Positions 61,751 through 64,000 of a stretch of DNA of 64,000 nt are shown here, piece after piece. Positions within the stretch are counted from its first letter, which is position 1. Each line of letters opens with the position of its first letter. The translations under genes were made by a program, and so were the position numbers. The notes beneath the pieces are model-generated. The model saw only the letters and a program-made list of their open reading frames with translations. It was not told where the DNA came from and ran no database searches. The stretch comes from Streptococcaceae bacterium. GTDB lineage: Bacteria; Bacillota; Bacilli; Lactobacillales; Streptococcaceae. The stretch spans positions 97,077 to 161,076 of the forward strand of contig JAIRWF010000027.1 in the NCBI GenBank assembly GCA_031253335.1. The letters are read 5' to 3'.

Positions 61751-62746
61751 TTACAAAAATTCTTCTGCCCATCGAAACACATTAGGCGGCATCCATTCAT
61801 AAAGGCCACTTCCATCAGAAGTATACTCATTCAGAATTTGCCCAGTAATTGCATTCATGATTACATGGTATCCGTCTGCGTGATCCTCCTGAAGCGGTTC
61901 GTAAATCGCCGCATAAGAGATGTGAATTTTCCAAAGCGGTTGCTCCTCATCAGTAATATCATAGAAGGAATTGATTGAGCAGCGCTCCTCAATCATTTCT
62001 TCAGTTACCCTTGTAATCTCGCCGGTGAGATAGGAAAAACCTGTTATACCGCTGTTAAGATAAGCATCTTTTGCGATTTGAATTGCGGTTTCCAGAGGAA
62101 TCGCTTTATCGGAAGGTACTCCGTAAGCATGTCGGGTGACCGCGATGGCGGTATATATCCCTGTGTCTTGTTCCAGCCATCTAACAATATCTGGACGCTC
62201 TGCGAGCCATTGGTCCAATAGCGGCTTCCATTTAGCACTGAATGCAGCTTTTTCCTCGGGCGTTGCTTCCAAAAAGTAACGGTATTCGTTGCCCGGTACT
62301 GCATCGCCGGGATACTCAGAAGTTGGTATTAGATAACCGAAAAAATACTCATTCAAACTCATTCCGATCCCGCTTCCATCGAGTTCGAAGTAATATGAAA
62401 GGCTGTATAATTCATTTGTTTCGTCGTAGTGAGCATTTCTTCGCTTTAAACTTTCTGTTGTCGCTTTTCTTAAATCATCTGCTTTAATTGATAAAGTGAC
62501 TTTCCAATAACTCACGGTAGCTAGCCATTCAGCGACACTCGTTCCGTCCAGCAATTCAGCTGAAATAGTTGTTGAGTCTCTTTCATTTTCGCTGAATGAC
62601 AACACTTCGGTCAAAAAACCATAGAAATGCCGAATCATCTCCTCCTTAGATAATATCTTTTCTGGATTGTCCGCCATTGCCCATACAGGCAAACTCGTTA
62701 CACAAATTATCAAACAAGCAAGAATACTAGCAATAGTCCTTTTCAT
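61751..62746 (-). CDS. Secreted acidic hypothetical protein with PepSY-like C-terminus
   Basis: Signal peptide MKRTIASILACLIICVTSLPVWA; IPLETAIQIAK...WKIHI...YHVIMNAITGQIL; SD GGAGG. Confidence 0.75.
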   Translation of the reverse strand: MKRTIASILACLIICVTSLPVWAMADNPEKILSKEEMIRHFYGFLTEVLSFSENERDSTTISAELLDGTSVAEWLATVSYWKVTLSIKADDLRKATTESLKRRNAHYDETNELYSLSYYFELDGSGIGMSLNEYFFGYLIPTSEYPGDAVPGNEYRYFLEATPEEKAAFSAKWKPLLDQWLAERPDIVRWLEQDTGIYTAIAVTRHAYGVPSDKAIPLETAIQIAKDAYLNSGITGFSYLTGEITRVTEEMIEERCSINSFYDITDEEQPLWKIHISYAAIYEPLQEDHADGYHVIMNAITGQILNEYTSDGSGLYEWMPPNVFRWAEEFL

Positions 62747-63017
62747 TACGCCTATCCTCCCTAATCATTTGTTGCGGATAATACTTTTGAATCATCCGCT
62801 TACCTTGATAAAACGCAAGCATAACCAGATATATTCCAGCAACTCAATATTTTATACCTATGATATAATGCCCTCAGTCGAATAAAGAAAGCTGGAGTCA
62901 CACGCCTTGATCGACGATCGTCCGCAAAGATACCGACTCCACTATGACTCCTGTATAATGGCAAGGTCGAAGTGTATATGCCCTTTGAAGCGCCCTCCAA
63001 AGGCGTTGGTGGTCTTA

Positions 63018-63974
63018 TCATTCAATCCCCCACTCCCATCCGTAAGAATTCCGCATGGATTTCACGCCTAGTTCCTTTTTTGCTTCGTCAACGGTTCGCT
63101 CGCTCAGTATGCCGGCTGTTTTGCAAGCAGCGTAAATATCAGTGCAGGGCTTTGAACCGTCCGCAAGCATCCTCAAAATGACGTCCTTGGCGGTTTCACG
63201 CTTTGTGTCATCGCTTGACATGACCTCCTCTCCAATTTCGCCATCATATCGGCCAATAAATTCGACGGTGGAATTATCGCCGATAGTAAAGGCGAGTGCG
63301 GCTCCCTCTTTTGCAAGGCTACTCTTGATGTGCGACATCACGCGAATATCCCTATCCTCCGCTGAGCGCCCAACGTGCAAAACACTTCTGGCCGAAGCCG
63401 CAATGTCAATAGAACCTAATCCGCGATACAATGTCTTTGACCGCTCAGCTTTGTTCATATGCCCGATTGCCAAGACTGCGCATTCCGTTTTGGCAGCGAC
63501 AACGGCAAGCCCGCTCATCAGCCGGCGCATATCTGCGGCACGGGTCATGTCGTTTCCTTTTCCGATGAACGCCTGCAGGGGATCAAGCACAAAAAGAACT
63601 GCTCCGACTTCGCGGATGGCCATCTCAAGAAGCTCGCAGTCTTTTTCAATGTTGTTAAACGGTACGGAGATATTCGATATTTTCGAGCAGTCTGCGCCCA
63701 TTGCAGAGAGTCGTGGCTCCAGCGTGTCGCTGACAGTATCTTCCGCGCTTTGATACAAGACTTCGCCTAGGATAGGCTCGGTCTCTGTTTCAGGAAGGGG
63801 CTGTCCTACGGAAAGTAAGGCGGATAAGGCTAAGGCGAGGGTTGTTTTGCCGTCGCCAGGGTCGCCTTGGATCACGCTGATTTTGCCACTGGGCAGATAG
63901 GGCTTCCAGAGCCATTTTATTTCGGTGCGTGGGTATGTGTTGAAACGACGGGTTAAAGTTCTCGACTCACTCAT
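63018..63974 (-). CDS. AAA_25 / RepA-like helicase of mobile elements
   Basis: IKWLWKPYLPSGK, GDPGDGKTT, QSAED, VLDPLQ, IGHMNK, GSIDI.ASARSVL. Confidence 0.88.
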   Translation of the reverse strand: MSESRTLTRRFNTYPRTEIKWLWKPYLPSGKISVIQGDPGDGKTTLALALSALLSVGQPLPETETEPILGEVLYQSAEDTVSDTLEPRLSAMGADCSKISNISVPFNNIEKDCELLEMAIREVGAVLFVLDPLQAFIGKGNDMTRAADMRRLMSGLAVVAAKTECAVLAIGHMNKAERSKTLYRGLGSIDIAASARSVLHVGRSAEDRDIRVMSHIKSSLAKEGAALAFTIGDNSTVEFIGRYDGEIGEEVMSSDDTKRETAKDVILRMLADGSKPCTDIYAACKTAGILSERTVDEAKKELGVKSMRNSYGWEWGIE

Positions 63975-64000
63975 CTTGGCACTCCCTATTTAGCCTCCCG

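Larger units (their letters stand above)
60700..64000. mobile_element. Probable end of an integrative element / foreign island (extends past window)
   Basis: Switch to minus-strand genes of non-lactococcal character, AT-rich spacer, short GGGTGTCAA repeats near the junction, RepA-like helicase; no integrase visible in window. Confidence 0.6.

Overview
This is core chromosome of a Lactococcus-like Streptococcaceae bacterium. The inference rests on the atpEBFHAGDC order, a lactococcal-type Com-box and the pyrG attenuator; GC looks higher than in L. lactis. Nearly all genes are on the + strand. In order: the end of a type I R-M hsdR, a trpF relic, hprK-lgt-DUF948-ytxH, gnd, prfB-ftsEX, tkt, an sRNA, dexB, EamA, a mini-EzrA-like ORF, MATE, a hydrolase, asd-dapA-rnj, comEA-comEC, a ~4950-aa Ser/Ala-rich LPxTG surface protein, the F1Fo ATP synthase operon, truA-pdxK-ECF-S, a low-GC three-gene cassette, pyrG, dnaE, hlyIII/degV/ypmS-like, a cyclophilin, an amino-acid ABC transporter and an FMN reductase. 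From ~60.7 kb the window enters a foreign-looking integrative element. Three observations stand out. (1) In the giant surface protein, 18 N-terminal helical modules (order BABABABABAAAABABAA) are mirrored in reverse order by 18 short C-terminal segments, suggesting a giant fold-back stalk. (2) A dispersed 14-bp palindrome (TGTCAAATTTGACA-type) clusters inside and between genes, and local G/C skew appears to flip at these clusters. (3) Many genes appear leaderless, and the gnd 3' end is duplicated around a hairpin element. All calls are by eye; no searches were run.
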